A stretch of 64,000 bases of DNA from Mobula hypostoma (lineage: Eukaryota). Shown piece after piece: positions 13,211 through 24,509 of the stretch (position 1 is its first letter; each line of letters begins with the position of its first letter). Under the pieces are notes generated by a model that saw nothing but the letters and a program-made list of their open reading frames with translations, had not been told where the DNA came from and did no database searches. The DNA is taken from assembly GCF_963921235.1 (NCBI RefSeq), contig NC_086097.1, positions 95,792,001-95,856,000 on the forward strand. Reading direction: 5' to 3'. A program made the position numbers and the translations under genes.

Positions 13211-13469
13211 CTCCAGTGACTATACACAGAATCTAAATCAATGAGCAAGTTAAGTTCAAAAGCAGAGGATAAATTACAGAGAGGACAAGATTCCCAGAAT
13301 GCAGTGTTAATGATGTGATCCAACAGTGATAACAGAGAGAAGACAAAACACCAGGATTACACTTCAGGTGGGCACTGCATATCATTTACTAAACAGCAAA
13401 ACCCTTTAGCAAGTCCTACACATCTGTAGTTAGATTTGCTCATGTACTCAAGTCCATGTGGACTCAGAT

Positions 13470-13750
13470 TCTTGTTTAAATTTATTAAGATACCACATGG
13501 AATAGGCCCTTCTAGTCCTCCAAACCACGCCATCCAGCAATCCCCAAATAACCCTAGCCACAGGACAATGTACAATGACCAATTAACTTACCAACCAGTA
13601 CGTCTTTGGACGGTGGGAGAAAACCAGAGCACCCAGAGAAAGCCCACACGGTCACAGGGAGAACGTACAAATTGCTTACAGATGGCCGTGGGAATTGAAC
13701 CCGTGTCGCTGGTACTGTAAACATTGTGCTAACCACTACACTACCATGCT
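13470..13750 (-). mobile_element. V-SINE/HE1-type SINE just downstream of MTA exon 2
   Basis: Minus-strand head gcatggtagtgtagtggttagcac...ggttcaattcc (A and B boxes) plus the V-type core. Confidence 0.7.
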
Positions 13751-13811
13751 GGATCCTTTGGTTTGACCCCATAAACCAGAAAGTAACATCTTTTAACATA
13801 TAGGTGGTTAC

Positions 13812-13879
13812 CTTGTTCAGTTCCTCAATTCTCCTTATCAAGAAAGGATTGCTTGAAGAGTTTTCAAAGAAGACACAGT
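13812..13879 (-). CDS. MTA1: MTA-family coding exon 2 (BAH domain start), (D)[22 protein letters not shown]
   Basis: 68-nt exon with a pyrimidine-rich ...ctttag acceptor and an AAG|gtaacc donor. It is in frame with exon 1 (G|AC = Asp) and matches MTA [23 protein letters not shown]. Confidence 0.95.
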
Positions 13880-16534
13880 CTAAAGAAAAAAATGAAAATC
13901 TTACACAGGGAAACACAATACAACTGATTTGCACATTCAGTAAAATAATTAACTCACAGACATTCAGCAATGGGGCAACTCTTGCTGGAATATTGTATTG
14001 GACAAACTGATGTATTAAGAATAAAAAATCCTTTTGGTTTTTTCCAGATCAATCTAGGAAGTTAAATAAACAATAGTTGGAGGGCAGGTCTTCATCACAC
14101 AAAACCATTGACCACCTATACCATCACAACAAGGACCAAAATCTGGGCTCAGAAAACGTAACTATTTCTAGACTAAAGTTCCCAGTGATGGTTTTGTGGT
14201 TCAGCAATTTGGACAAGAACTGTTTATTACCATGCCTTCTAAATTCCCTGAGGCTGGCAGCAATTGAAATTAGGCAAATGTGTTCTACAGCCAGACTACT
14301 TTCAAGCCCACTCAGTAGTATAAGAGGTTCTAATGCCATTCACTTCTTGCTCACAGCGTACAAGGTTTGTCCCAAGTTGTACCAGAGACACTGAGCCATC
14401 AGTGCACTTACAGTACACAGCGTCTAAAACCCAAGCCACTAGGGATTTAGGAAGGCCCTAAACCGATGAGAGGAGAAGGGAGAGTCGGATGGTTTAGTGG
14501 GGTACTTCCAGAATGCTGGAGTCCAAGGCAGTAAGGCCTATAGTGAGGAATATGGAGCAGATCTATCGACACACATAATTTGTACGAAAGGCAATCTGAT
14601 ACTCCTATCACATGGAGAATTCTTGATTCAAAACTTGCATCGGAGCTTGAGGTAATCTAGATTGACACCCAGTATGATAACAAGGAAGTGCTGGGTCTTT
14701 GGGGATAAAAGATGTTCAGCTGTCCATGAAGTTTCAGGCGTACGTGGTGGTTGACACGTGTCTTAGCACAAAAGATTCATATGGTCAAAAAAATGTGAGT
14801 AGAATCTGAATGCAACCATTTTTGACACTTTCCTGGATGTCAGAGTACCCAAAGGAAATTCATTACCTCACTTTGCGGCAGGATTCCTGTTCTTCCAAAC
14901 AGTAATGCAACGTACAAAATTTCTGAGCCGTGAGCCACACTATTATGAAAAACAATCGACCATATTTTCTCCATGATAAGTATAACCACTTATTTTACTA
15001 AAAAATGTATTGAAAGCCACAAACCTAATATTTTCACAGATGATAAAATTATTTGAATGTGGTGACTGCATTGCAACATCAAAAAGTAGCAGCCAATTGG
15101 TTGATAATGGGCAACCATCAAGATTCACTCCCTCCACTAAATGCACACGATGGCTGCAGTGCATACCAGCTGCTCATTATGATATTCCGAATGCACCTCC
15201 TAAAGGAAGACAAGGGCTGGAGGTGCATGGAAATACCACCATCCCAGCTTGGAAATTTTTTTTTGGTCCTTCATCATTACTGGGTCTAAATCTTGGTTCA
15301 GGTTTGTAACTCACCACCACCTTCAAAAGGGCAATTAGTGCAGGCCTTGTGCTGACACCCAACATCTCAAAAATGACTAAGAACAAAACAATTTGACTTC
15401 ACCCAGATCCCACAAAAGAGCAATATAATTCGCGATTTAAATGACAGAGCCTCAGGCATTAAGAGAACGCTCTGCTCTTGGTCGATGGCTGACAAGGATC
15501 TTTCTATCCACAAGAGGGGACAGCTATGATATAAGGACCTACCCAAAGGGTAGCACCTGAAAGTACCAGTCCCCCGTGACCACAGCAAGATCACTGGAAG
15601 TTACTTGCTGCAGCTTGGGAATGGGTTTTCAATTCGCCTTCTGTTTCCACAGCCGGAGAAGGAAATTGTCCAAACATTCCTCCATTGCCACCTTCACTGA
15701 GGGAAAGGTCAGTGGTCATTGTGGGGAACCTGGCATATGAGTTCCGAAGCACTTCACAAACAAAAAGAGCAGCATCGTCAACATGATGTGACCATTTTAG
15801 ACAATGAAATGGCTTGGGTCCCAAAGCGATCAGCTTGGAGATATTTTAAACCAAACTCATTTTGCTGTTGATGCAGTCGATTATTCACTTCTTCTCCGAA
15901 AGTTACCAGGTAATCCTCACTTTAGTTCCCGTGATACAAGATAACGAACAGTGCATTCACTGACATCCACGCCACAGTGCATAGGTCTCTCTTGTCACCC
16001 AGTTTATTTCTTAAAATAATTCAAACGTCTTAAATACATAGGTTCCCATCTCACAGGGCTATTTACACTGAATTCAATTTCTTGGAAAACTGAACTCAGT
16101 TCCCTCCACAATGGAATGCATCATCATTTTTTCCACTTTGTCATCTCATTTTCACTTCAGGGCTCTTCCATTCCCTCAAATGACCCGTAATTAGACAGTC
16201 ACAGGCTCAGTCACACTTACATCACACAAGAGACAACTTTAAACAAGTATTGAGGGGCTCACAGCAGACAGGGACAAAGAATACGGCAAAGATATAGGAA
16301 AAGGTATATAAATGGATGGAGGCAAGTGAGATACCTGGAACAGATGAACAAATGGAAAGGTTATATTCTGCAGGTAAAGAAAGTTTGCACTTCGCAGTTG
16401 TTTAGTGACCAAACACGCATCGAAGAGCCTGAACAACTAATCTGCAGATGTGTTCAAATCGAACCACAGCATCTGGGAAACTTAAATCGAGAATGAAATG
16501 CTAGCGTAATTAAAGTCCAAAATATTATCGGGAT

Positions 16535-19136
16535 ACCATTAGACCAGAAGACCAAGGAGCAGAACTAAGCCATTTGGCCCATCGAGTCTGCTCCACCATT
16601 TCATCGTGGTTGATCCATTTTTCCTTTCAGCCCCAATCTCCTATCTTCCCCTACACCACCCCCCCCCAACCAATATCCCTTCATGCTCTGACCAGTCATG
16701 AATCTATCAAACTTTCCCTTAAATATACGTAAAGACCGGGCTTCCACAGCTGCCTGTGGCAACAAATTCCACATATTCACCACTCTCTAGCTAAAGAAAT
16801 TCCTCCTCTGTTCCATTCTAAAAGGATGCCTCTCTATTCTGAGGCTGTGTCCTCTGGTCTTACACTCCCCCGCCATAGGAAACATCCTCTCCACATCCAC
16901 TCTATCAAGGCCTTTCCCATTCAGTAAGTTTTAATTAAGTCACCACTCCTTCTTCTGAATTCCAGTGAGTACAGGCCCAGAGCCATCAAACGCTCTTCAC
17001 ATGACAAGCCGTTCAAACCTGGAATCATTTTCGTGAACCTCCTTTGAACCCTCTCCAGTTTCAGAACATCCTTTCTAACATAAAGGGCCCAAAACTGCTC
17101 ACAATACTCCAGGTGAGGCCTCACCAGTGTTTTATAAAATCTCAACTTTACATCCTTGCTTTTATATTCTAGTCCCCTTGAAATGAATGCAAACATTGCA
17201 TTTGCCTACCTCACCACTGACTCAACCTGCAAATTAATCTTTAGGGAACCCTGCACAAGGAATCACATGTCACTTTGTGCCTCAGATTTTATATAATTTT
17301 CTCTCCATTTAGAAAACAGTCTACCCTTTCATTTCCTCCACCAAAGTGCAAGACCACACACTTCCTGACACCATATTCCACTTGCCACTTCTTTGCCCAT
17401 TCTCCTTATCTGCCTGGCCTTCTGAAGCCTCCCTACTTCCTGAAAACTACCTGTCCCTCCACCTATTTTCATATCATCTGCAAACTTTGCAATAAAACCA
17501 TCAATTCCATCACCCAAATCGTTGACATATAACTTAAAAAGAATCTGTTCCAACACAGACCCCTGCCACTAGTCACTGGCAGTCAATCAGAAAAGACTCC
17601 CTTTATTCCCACTCTTTGCCTCCTGCAAATCAGCCATTGCTGGAATCTTTCCTGTAGTGCAATGGGCTCCTAATTTGCTAAATAGCCTCATGTGTGGCAC
17701 CTTGTCAAAGGGCTTCAGAAAGTCCAAGTACACAACATCAACCAATTCTTCATTGTCTATCCTGCTTGTTATTTCTTCAAATAATTCCAGGCAAGATTTT
17801 TCTTTGTGGAAACTATGCTGACTATGGCTTATGTAATCATTTTCAGAATGGCAGGCGGTGACTAGTGGGGTACCGCAAGGCTCAGTGCTGGGACCCCAGT
17901 TGTTTACGATATATATTAATGACTTGGATGAGGGAATTAAATGCAGCATCTCCAAGTTTGCGGATGACACGAAGCTGGGTGGCAGTGTTAGCAGTGAGGA
18001 GGATGCTAAGAGGATGCAGAGTGACTTGGATAGGTTGGGTGAGTGGGCAAATTCATGGCAGATGCAATTTAATGTGGATAAATGTGAAGTTATCCACTTT
18101 GGTGGCAAAAATAGGAAAACAGATTATTATCTGAATGGTGGCCGATTAGGAAAAGGGGAGGTGCAATGAGACCTGGGTGTCATTATACACCAGTCATTGA
18201 AAGTGGGCATGCAGGTACAGCAGGCGGTGAAAAAGGCGAATGGTATGCTGGCATTTATAGCGAGAGGATTCGAGTACAGGAGCAGGGAGGTACTTCTGCA
18301 GTTGTACAAGGCCTTGGTGAGACCACACCTGGAGTATTGTGTGCAGTTTTGTTCCCCTAATCTGAGGAAAGACATCCTTGCCATAGAGGGAGTACAAAGA
18401 AGGTTCACCAGATTGATTCCTGGGATGGCAGGACTTTCATATGAAGAAAGACTGGATGAACTGGGCTTGTACTCATTAGAATTTAGAAGATTGAGGGGGG
18501 ATCTGATTGAAACGTATAAAATCCTAAAGAGATTGGACAGGCTAGATGCAGGAAGATTGTTCCCGATGTTGGGGAAGTCCAGAACGAGGGGTCACAGTTT
18601 GAGGATAAAGGGGAAGCCTTTTAGGACCGAGATTAAGAAAAACTTCTTCACACAGAGAGTGGTGAATCTGTGGAATTCTCTGCCACAGGAAACAGTTGAG
18701 GCCAGTTCATTGGCTATATTTAAGAGGGAGTTAGATATGGCCCTTGTGGCTACGGGGATCAGGGGGTATGGAGGGAAGGCTGGGGCAGGGTTCTGAGTTG
18801 GATGATCAGCCATGATCATAATAAATGGCGGTGCAGGCTCGAAGGGCCGAACGGCCTACTCCTGCACCTATTTTCTATGTTTCTATGTTTCTATGTGACT
18901 CCAAATACCCTGAGACCTCATCCTTAATAATCGACTTCAGCACCTTCCCAACCACTGAGGTCAGACTAACCGGCCTATAGTTTCCTTCCTTCTGCCTCTC
19001 ACCCTTCTTGAAGAGTGGAGTGACATTTGCAATTTTCCAGTCCTCCAGAACCATTCCAGAATCTAGTGATTCTTGGAAGATCATTACTAATGCCTCTACA
19101 ATCTCTTCAGCCACCTCTTTCAGAACCCTGGGGTGT
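16535..19136 (-). mobile_element. CR1 LINE (RT region) split by a younger CR1
   Basis: 18896-19136 encodes EDWKIANVTPLFKKG..NYRPVSLTSVVGK..YLESH. It resumes below 17840 with DYISHSQH..DVVYLDF..FADDMKIG..RPHLEYC, and the 3' end is near 16535. Confidence 0.88.
17841..18895 (+). mobile_element. Young CR1 LINE 3' fragment (copy A)
   Basis: SGVPQGSVLGPQLFTIYINDLD..KFADDTKLGG..RPHLEYCVQF..FFTQRVVNLWNSLP with only one internal stop; (tttctatg)n tail. Confidence 0.95.
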
Positions 19137-19369
19137 ACAGCAGAGTGGGCCTACACAGAGAGACAGGTCTGTGTACCTTACCAGTAGAATACGAGTAGTT
19201 TTGCAAGAAATGTAAACATGCTGGGAAAACCTTTAAAGGTATGCAAAGAAGGAAAAGATTAATTAATGTAAATGCTTTTCAGACTGAGACAGAGAGAAAT
19301 TATATTGGGAAATAAAGAAATAGCACCGAAATTAAACATTTTTGTTTCCCTTCACTGAATAGTGTAAAG

Positions 19370-20560
19370 GTGGAGTGGGGAGAGGGCAGTAGGGTGTGGG
19401 TTACAGAGTGAAGAGGGCGGAGGTATAGTGCAGACGGGGCGGCGGGGTGAGGTGGACAGGATGGGTGTGTGGTGCCCAGAAGCTGGGAGAAGAGGGTTAC
19501 AGGAAGGAGAGAGGACAGGGGGTGGAGAAGGTCGGGGGGGGGAAGAATGGAGAGGCATCGGGGGGTGGGGTGGGGTGGGGTGGGGTGGGGTGGGGGGGAG
19601 GGTAGAGAGGAACCAGAGGTAGGGAGGTGGGGTGGAGAGGGACCAGGGGTGGGGGGGGTGAGGGGTTTGGGAAAGTGGGGAGGGGGAGAGAAGGAGGGCT
19701 TGGGGAAGGGGGATGGGGAGGACTTGGGGAAGAGGGGACGGGGGTTTCGGCTAACAGGTGAATGGGTATTGTAGGTAAGGGGTCATGGGGTAAGGGGTTT
19801 GGAGGGATGGGGGGTTTGGGTAGGGGTGGTTGGGGGTTTGGGTTGGGGTGGATGGGGGGTTTGGGTAAGGGTGGATGGGGGATTTGGGTAGGGGTGGATG
19901 GGGGATTTGGGTAGGGGTGGATGGGGGGGTTTGGGTAAGGGTGGATGGGGGTAAGGGTGGATAGGGGTTGGGGTAAGGGTGGATAGGGGGTTGGGGTAAG
20001 GGTGGATAGGGGTTGGGGTAAGGGTGGATAGGGGGTTGGGGTAAGGGTGGATAGGGGGTTGGGGTGGATGGGGGGTTTGGGTAGGGGTGGATGGGAGTTT
20101 GGTTGGGGGTTTGGGTAGGGGTGGATGGGGGGTTTGGGTAGGGGTGGATGGGGGTTTGGCTGGGGGTTTCGGGGAGGGGTAGATGGGGGGTTTCGGAGAG
20201 GGGTGGATGGGGGGTTTGGGTAAGGGTGGTTGGAGGTTGGGATGGATGGGGGGTTTGGGTAGGGGTGGATGGGGGGTTGGGGTGGATGGGGGTTTGGCTG
20301 GGGGTTTCGGGGAGGGGTGGATTGGGGGTTTGGGTAAGGGTGGTTGGAGGTTGGGGTGGATGGGAGGTTTGGGTAGGGGTGGTTGGAGGTTGGGGTGGAT
20401 GGGAGGTTTGGGTAAGGGTGGTTGGAGGTTGGGGTGGATGGGAGGTTTGGGTAGGGGTGGATGGAGGTTTGGGTAGGGGTGGATGGGGGTTTGGGTAGGG
20501 GTGGTTGGGTTTTCGGTTAGGGGGTTTGAGTAGGGGGGGTTATGGGGTGAGGGGATTTGG
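19370..20560 (+). repeat. G-tract minisatellite / G-quadruplex-forming array in MTA intron 1
   Basis: Many GGG(G) runs built from units such as GGGGTTTGGGTAGGGGTGGATGG and GGGTAAGGGTGGTTGGAGGTTGGGGTGGATGGGAGGTTT. The plus strand has almost no C over about 19790-20540. Confidence 0.9.
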
Positions 20561-21210
20561 CGAAGACGGGACGGGGGTTTTGGGAAGAGGGGTCGGTTTT
20601 GAGGCTGGGACTGAAGGAGGAAAGGGGCAGACGGTGCAGAGGAGACCGTAGGTGAACTGGGACTCCCGGGGAGAGGGATGTGGGTACGACGGTGGGGTGG
20701 AGTGGGGGTCGCGAAGAACGGGGGCAGGGGTTGGGGCAAGATGAACACCAAGCGTGCGGGGTCGCTCGCTCGCTGGATCTTGCATCCCGGGATATGGTTG
20801 CCGGGACCGGAACCAGCCCTGTTCTCCCAGACCGAGAGCCTCTTACCTCCGACCCGGTACATATTAGCTGCCATGGCGGAGCTGCAGCCGGCCGGAGCCC
20901 GCTCCGTGCCCTCACGCTGCCCCGGCCGAGCCCGGCCAGATCGGAGCGGCGCGGAAGCCGGTCCCGGGATCCTGTCTCTCGCCGCCACTCTGCTCACGAA
21001 CCGGTCCCGGCTGCTTCGGCTCCCCGGGCACACGGGCGTTATTCTCCGCTCCCCTTCTACCGCCGGCTCTTCCCTCCCGCTCTTCAATTTCTCTTCCTCC
21101 CCTTTCTCCTCCTTCTCCCCGCCCGACGACACTCACTCTAAGGAAGTGGAGCTTTGCATGGGTTTCACTCGAGCTATTCCCCCTCCCCTCCCCTCGCGTC
21201 TCCGTCGGTC
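20560..21210 (-). promoter_or_regulatory. CpG island: promoter and 5' UTR of the MTA gene
   Basis: The only CpG-dense stretch in an otherwise CpG-depleted window. It surrounds the start codon and contains ETS-like GGAAG motifs near 20953 and 21142. Confidence 0.8.
20847..20874 (-). CDS. MTA1: MTA-family (NuRD subunit) coding exon 1, MAANMYRVG(D)
   Basis: The minus strand reads TCCGCC ATG GCA GCT AAT ATG TAC CGG GTC GGA G|gtaaga. This is a strong Kozak context, the MTA1/2/3 N-terminus, a 28-nt coding part and a canonical phase-1 donor, inside a CpG island. Family is certain; paralog (MTA1, MTA2 or MTA3) is not. Confidence 0.93.
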
Positions 21211-21600
21211 TCCCTCACTCCCAGTGGCCCCAACCCTCCCAGTCGTCCTCTCCCCCACTCACCCTCGACTTCCTCATCATCCCCCACCCCTTCACTTCCC
21301 CATCTCACCCCCACCCACTCACTTCCTCGTCACCCTCACTTCCCATCTCACTCTCCACCCTCCTTCCACTTCAATACAACTGTCCCCTCCCTGTATTTCC
21401 TCACCTCCCCACTCCATCAGTTTTAGTCCCCTCACTCCCCATTTTCCCTCAATCTCTGTTATCCCTCCCCTTCACCTCCATTGCCTTCACCTCCATTGCC
21501 TTCCTCTGTCATCACCACCTACCCCACCTACACTCTCTCCTCACTTTTAACTTCCCCATCAGCCCCATTTTCATCTCATTCCACATTCCCCATCCTGGAT
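21175..21600 (+). repeat. C/T-rich low-complexity tract upstream of the MTA promoter
   Basis: Pyrimidine tract of CCCC/CTC runs, including the tandem cttcacctccattgc x2. Confidence 0.7.
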
Positions 21601-22235
21601 TTTCATGCATTTGGCCCTTAACCCTCAAAATCCCTACTCTCCATGTACTTGTCAAAAAGTCTATTGATTGTTGTTATTGTACCTGTCCCAACCACTTTTA
21701 TTCTGTACTGTACATGCACACCTCTGTGTGGTGACATCTTAAAAATCTTATACCTCTCAGCTTAAACCTGTGCCCTCTTGTTCTAGGTTCCCCTTTCTCG
21801 GGAGGGAAGAACATATGCATTCATCCTACAAACTTGCACATCTTCATAAGCTTGCTTCTCATTCTCATCTGCTCGAAAGGCTGAAGTCTGAGCCTGCCCA
21901 ATCTCTCCTGCCAACTCAGGGCCCTAAAGTCCTGGCAGTGTCCTCATATGTCTTCTCAGCATCTTTCCTACCACGGGGTAACCAAAACTGTAACAGTATT
22001 CCAGTGCAATCTCTCCAGATTCTTGTACAACTGCAACAGCACAAATTCTGTAAATCATTGATGAAGACCAGCATGGCGAACATCACCTTCACCACTCCGT
22101 CTACATGTGATGACATTTTCAGTGAGCTTTGTACTTGTTCCTGGCATTCGCTGTGGCCTTACTATCCATTATACAAGTCCTACCCTGGTTTAGATTTCCC
22201 AAAATGCAATCACTGCCCCTATCTGAATTGAATTC
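21600..22235 (-). mobile_element. Old CR1 fragment
   Basis: VDGVVKVMFAMLVFI.. and ILLQFWLP (degenerate CR1 C-terminal motifs). Confidence 0.6.
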
Positions 22236-22239
22236 ATGG

Positions 22240-23590
22240 AATCATGAAGGGTATGTCCTGTTTGACAAGCTTACCGGAGTTTTTTGAGGATACAATGAGC
22301 GCAGTGAATAAAGGGGAACGGGTGGATGTTGTATACTAGGATTTCCAGAAGGCATTTGATAGGTGCTGCATAAAAGACGACATCAGATAAGGATACATGA
22401 AGTTAGGGGTAACATGGATAGAAGACCATTTAACTCATAGAAGGCAGAGAGGTGGGATAAAGTGACGTATCTGTGGTGGGTGGTCGGGTGAGCGGAGTGC
22501 TGCTCCTGTAACTCCTCACTGTATTCATGAACAATTTGGAAGAGAGGTCCAAGAGTAGCATATCTAATTTTGCTGATGACACTAAGTTGAGTAGAAAACA
22601 AATTTTGCAGAGAGTCCACAGAGAGATATAGACAGGTTAAGTGAGTGGGCAAGGGTCTGGCAGGTGGAGTACAATGGTGGCAAAAACAGGAAAACAGATT
22701 ATTATCTGAATGGTGGCCGATTAGGAAAAGGGGAGGTGCAACGAGACCTGAGTGTCATTACACACCAGTCATTGAAAGTGGGCATGCAGGTACAGCAGGC
22801 GGTGAAAAAGGCGAATGGTATGCTGGCATTCATAGCAAGAGGATTCGAGTACAGGAGCAGGGAGGTACTACTGCAGTTGTACAAGGCCTTGGTGAGACCA
22901 CACCTGGAGTATTGTGTGCAGTTTTGGTCTCCTAATCTGAGGAAAGACATCCTTGCCATAGAGGGAGTACAAAGAAGGTTCACCAGATTGATTCCTGGGA
23001 TGGCAGGACTTTCATATGATGAAAGACTGGATCGACTAGGCTTATACTCGTTGGAATTTAGAAGATTGAGGGGGGATCTTATTGAAACGTATAAAATTCT
23101 AAAGGGATTGGACAGGCTAGATGCAGGAAGATTGTTCCCGATGTTGGGGAAGTCCAGAACGAGGGGTCACAGTTTGAGGATAAAGGGGAAGCCTTTTAGG
23201 ACCGAGATTAGGAAAAACTTATTCACACAGAGAGTGGTGAATCTGTGGAATTCTCTGCCACAGGAAACAGTTGAGGCCAGTTCATTGGCTATATTAAAGA
23301 GGGAGTTAGATATGGCCCTTGTGGCTAAAGGGATCAGGGGGTATGGAGGGAAGGCTGGTACAGGGTTCTGAGTTGGATGATCAGCCATGATCATACTGAA
23401 TGGCGGTGCCAGCTTGAAGGGCCAAATGGCCCACTCCTGCACCTATTTTCTATGTTTCTACCTTTGGAAGAAAAAAATAGAAGATCAGATTATTGTTTAT
23501 ATGGTGAAAGATTGCAGCATGCCATTCTGCAGAGGGTCTTAGGAGTGTTTATGCATGAATTGCAGAAGATTTGCAGCTTAGCAGGTTAGA
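22240..23590 (+). mobile_element. Old CR1 hosting a younger CR1
   Basis: ggatttccagaaggcatttgat (DFQKAFD) and tttgctgatgacac (FADD). The sequence resumes after the young insert at 23461 (ctttggaagaaaaaaatagaagatcagattat). Confidence 0.8.
22676..23460 (+). mobile_element. Young CR1 LINE 3' fragment (copy B, near-identical to 18101-18885)
   Basis: Open ORF 22664-23371 (GGKNRKTDYYLNGGRLG...GIRGYGGKAGTGF); ttttctatgtttcta tail. Confidence 0.95.
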
Positions 23591-24125
23591 CCATAGGACG
23601 TAGGAGCATAATTAGGCCATTCAGTTCATCAGGTCTGCTCCACTGGAATATTCATGGCTGATTTATTTTCCCTCTCAATCCCATTCTGCTGCTTTCTCCC
23701 TGTAATCTTTGATTCCATTACTAATTAAGAACCTATCAAATTCCACTTTAAATATACCCAATGATTTGGCCATCACAGCCATCTGTGGCAATGAATTCCA
23801 CTACTGTCCGGCAAAAGAAATTACTGCTTATTCCTGTTCTGAAGACACGTCCTTCTATTCTGAGGCTGTGTCCTCTGGCGCTAGACTCTCCCACTATTGC
23901 AAACATCCTCTCCATGTTCACTCTATCTAGGCCTTTCAGTATTTGATAGGTTTCAATGAGATCCCTCCTCATTCTTCTGAACTCCAGTGAGTACAGGCTC
24001 AGAGCCATTGAACACTCGGCATACATTAACCTTTTTTCAGATCACTCTTTCAACCTCTTTTGGACCCTCTCCAATGCCAGCACATACTTTCTAAGACATG
24101 AGGCCCAATACAGCTCACAATGTTA
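23590..24125 (-). mobile_element. CR1 3' fragment
   Basis: LSLYSLEFRRMRRDLIETYQILKGLDRV..RGHSLRIEG. Confidence 0.85.
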
Positions 24126-24509
24126 CCAAAAAGGGGAAATTATATATTTATTTATTTATTGAGATACAGCATGGAATAGGCCCTTCTGGCCCTTCGAGCT
24201 GCGACAACCAGCAACCCCCAGATTTTAACCCTAGCCTAATCATGGGACAACTTACAATGGCCAATTAACCTACCAGTTGTTCTGTCTTTGGACTATGGGA
24301 GGAAACCCACAGGATCACGGGGAGAATGTACAAACTCCTCACAGGCAACGGTGAGAATAGAATGTTGGCCTTCTTTGCTAAAGAATGGAAATGTAAGAGG
24401 AGAAAGGTATGCTGCAACTGTACAGGGTCGTGGTGAGGCTGCACCTAGAGTGCTGTGCATGGGGTCTCACCTCCATCCTGAGGGAAGATATATTAGTTTT
24501 AGAGGTAGT

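Noticed and set aside
19783..21132. 449-aa proline-rich ORF containing MAANMYRVG, plus the overlapping Gly/Trp-rich ORFs
   Set aside because: It reads through the exon 1 donor into the C-rich intronic repeat. It is open only because the low-complexity strand lacks stops, and it has no upstream ATG.
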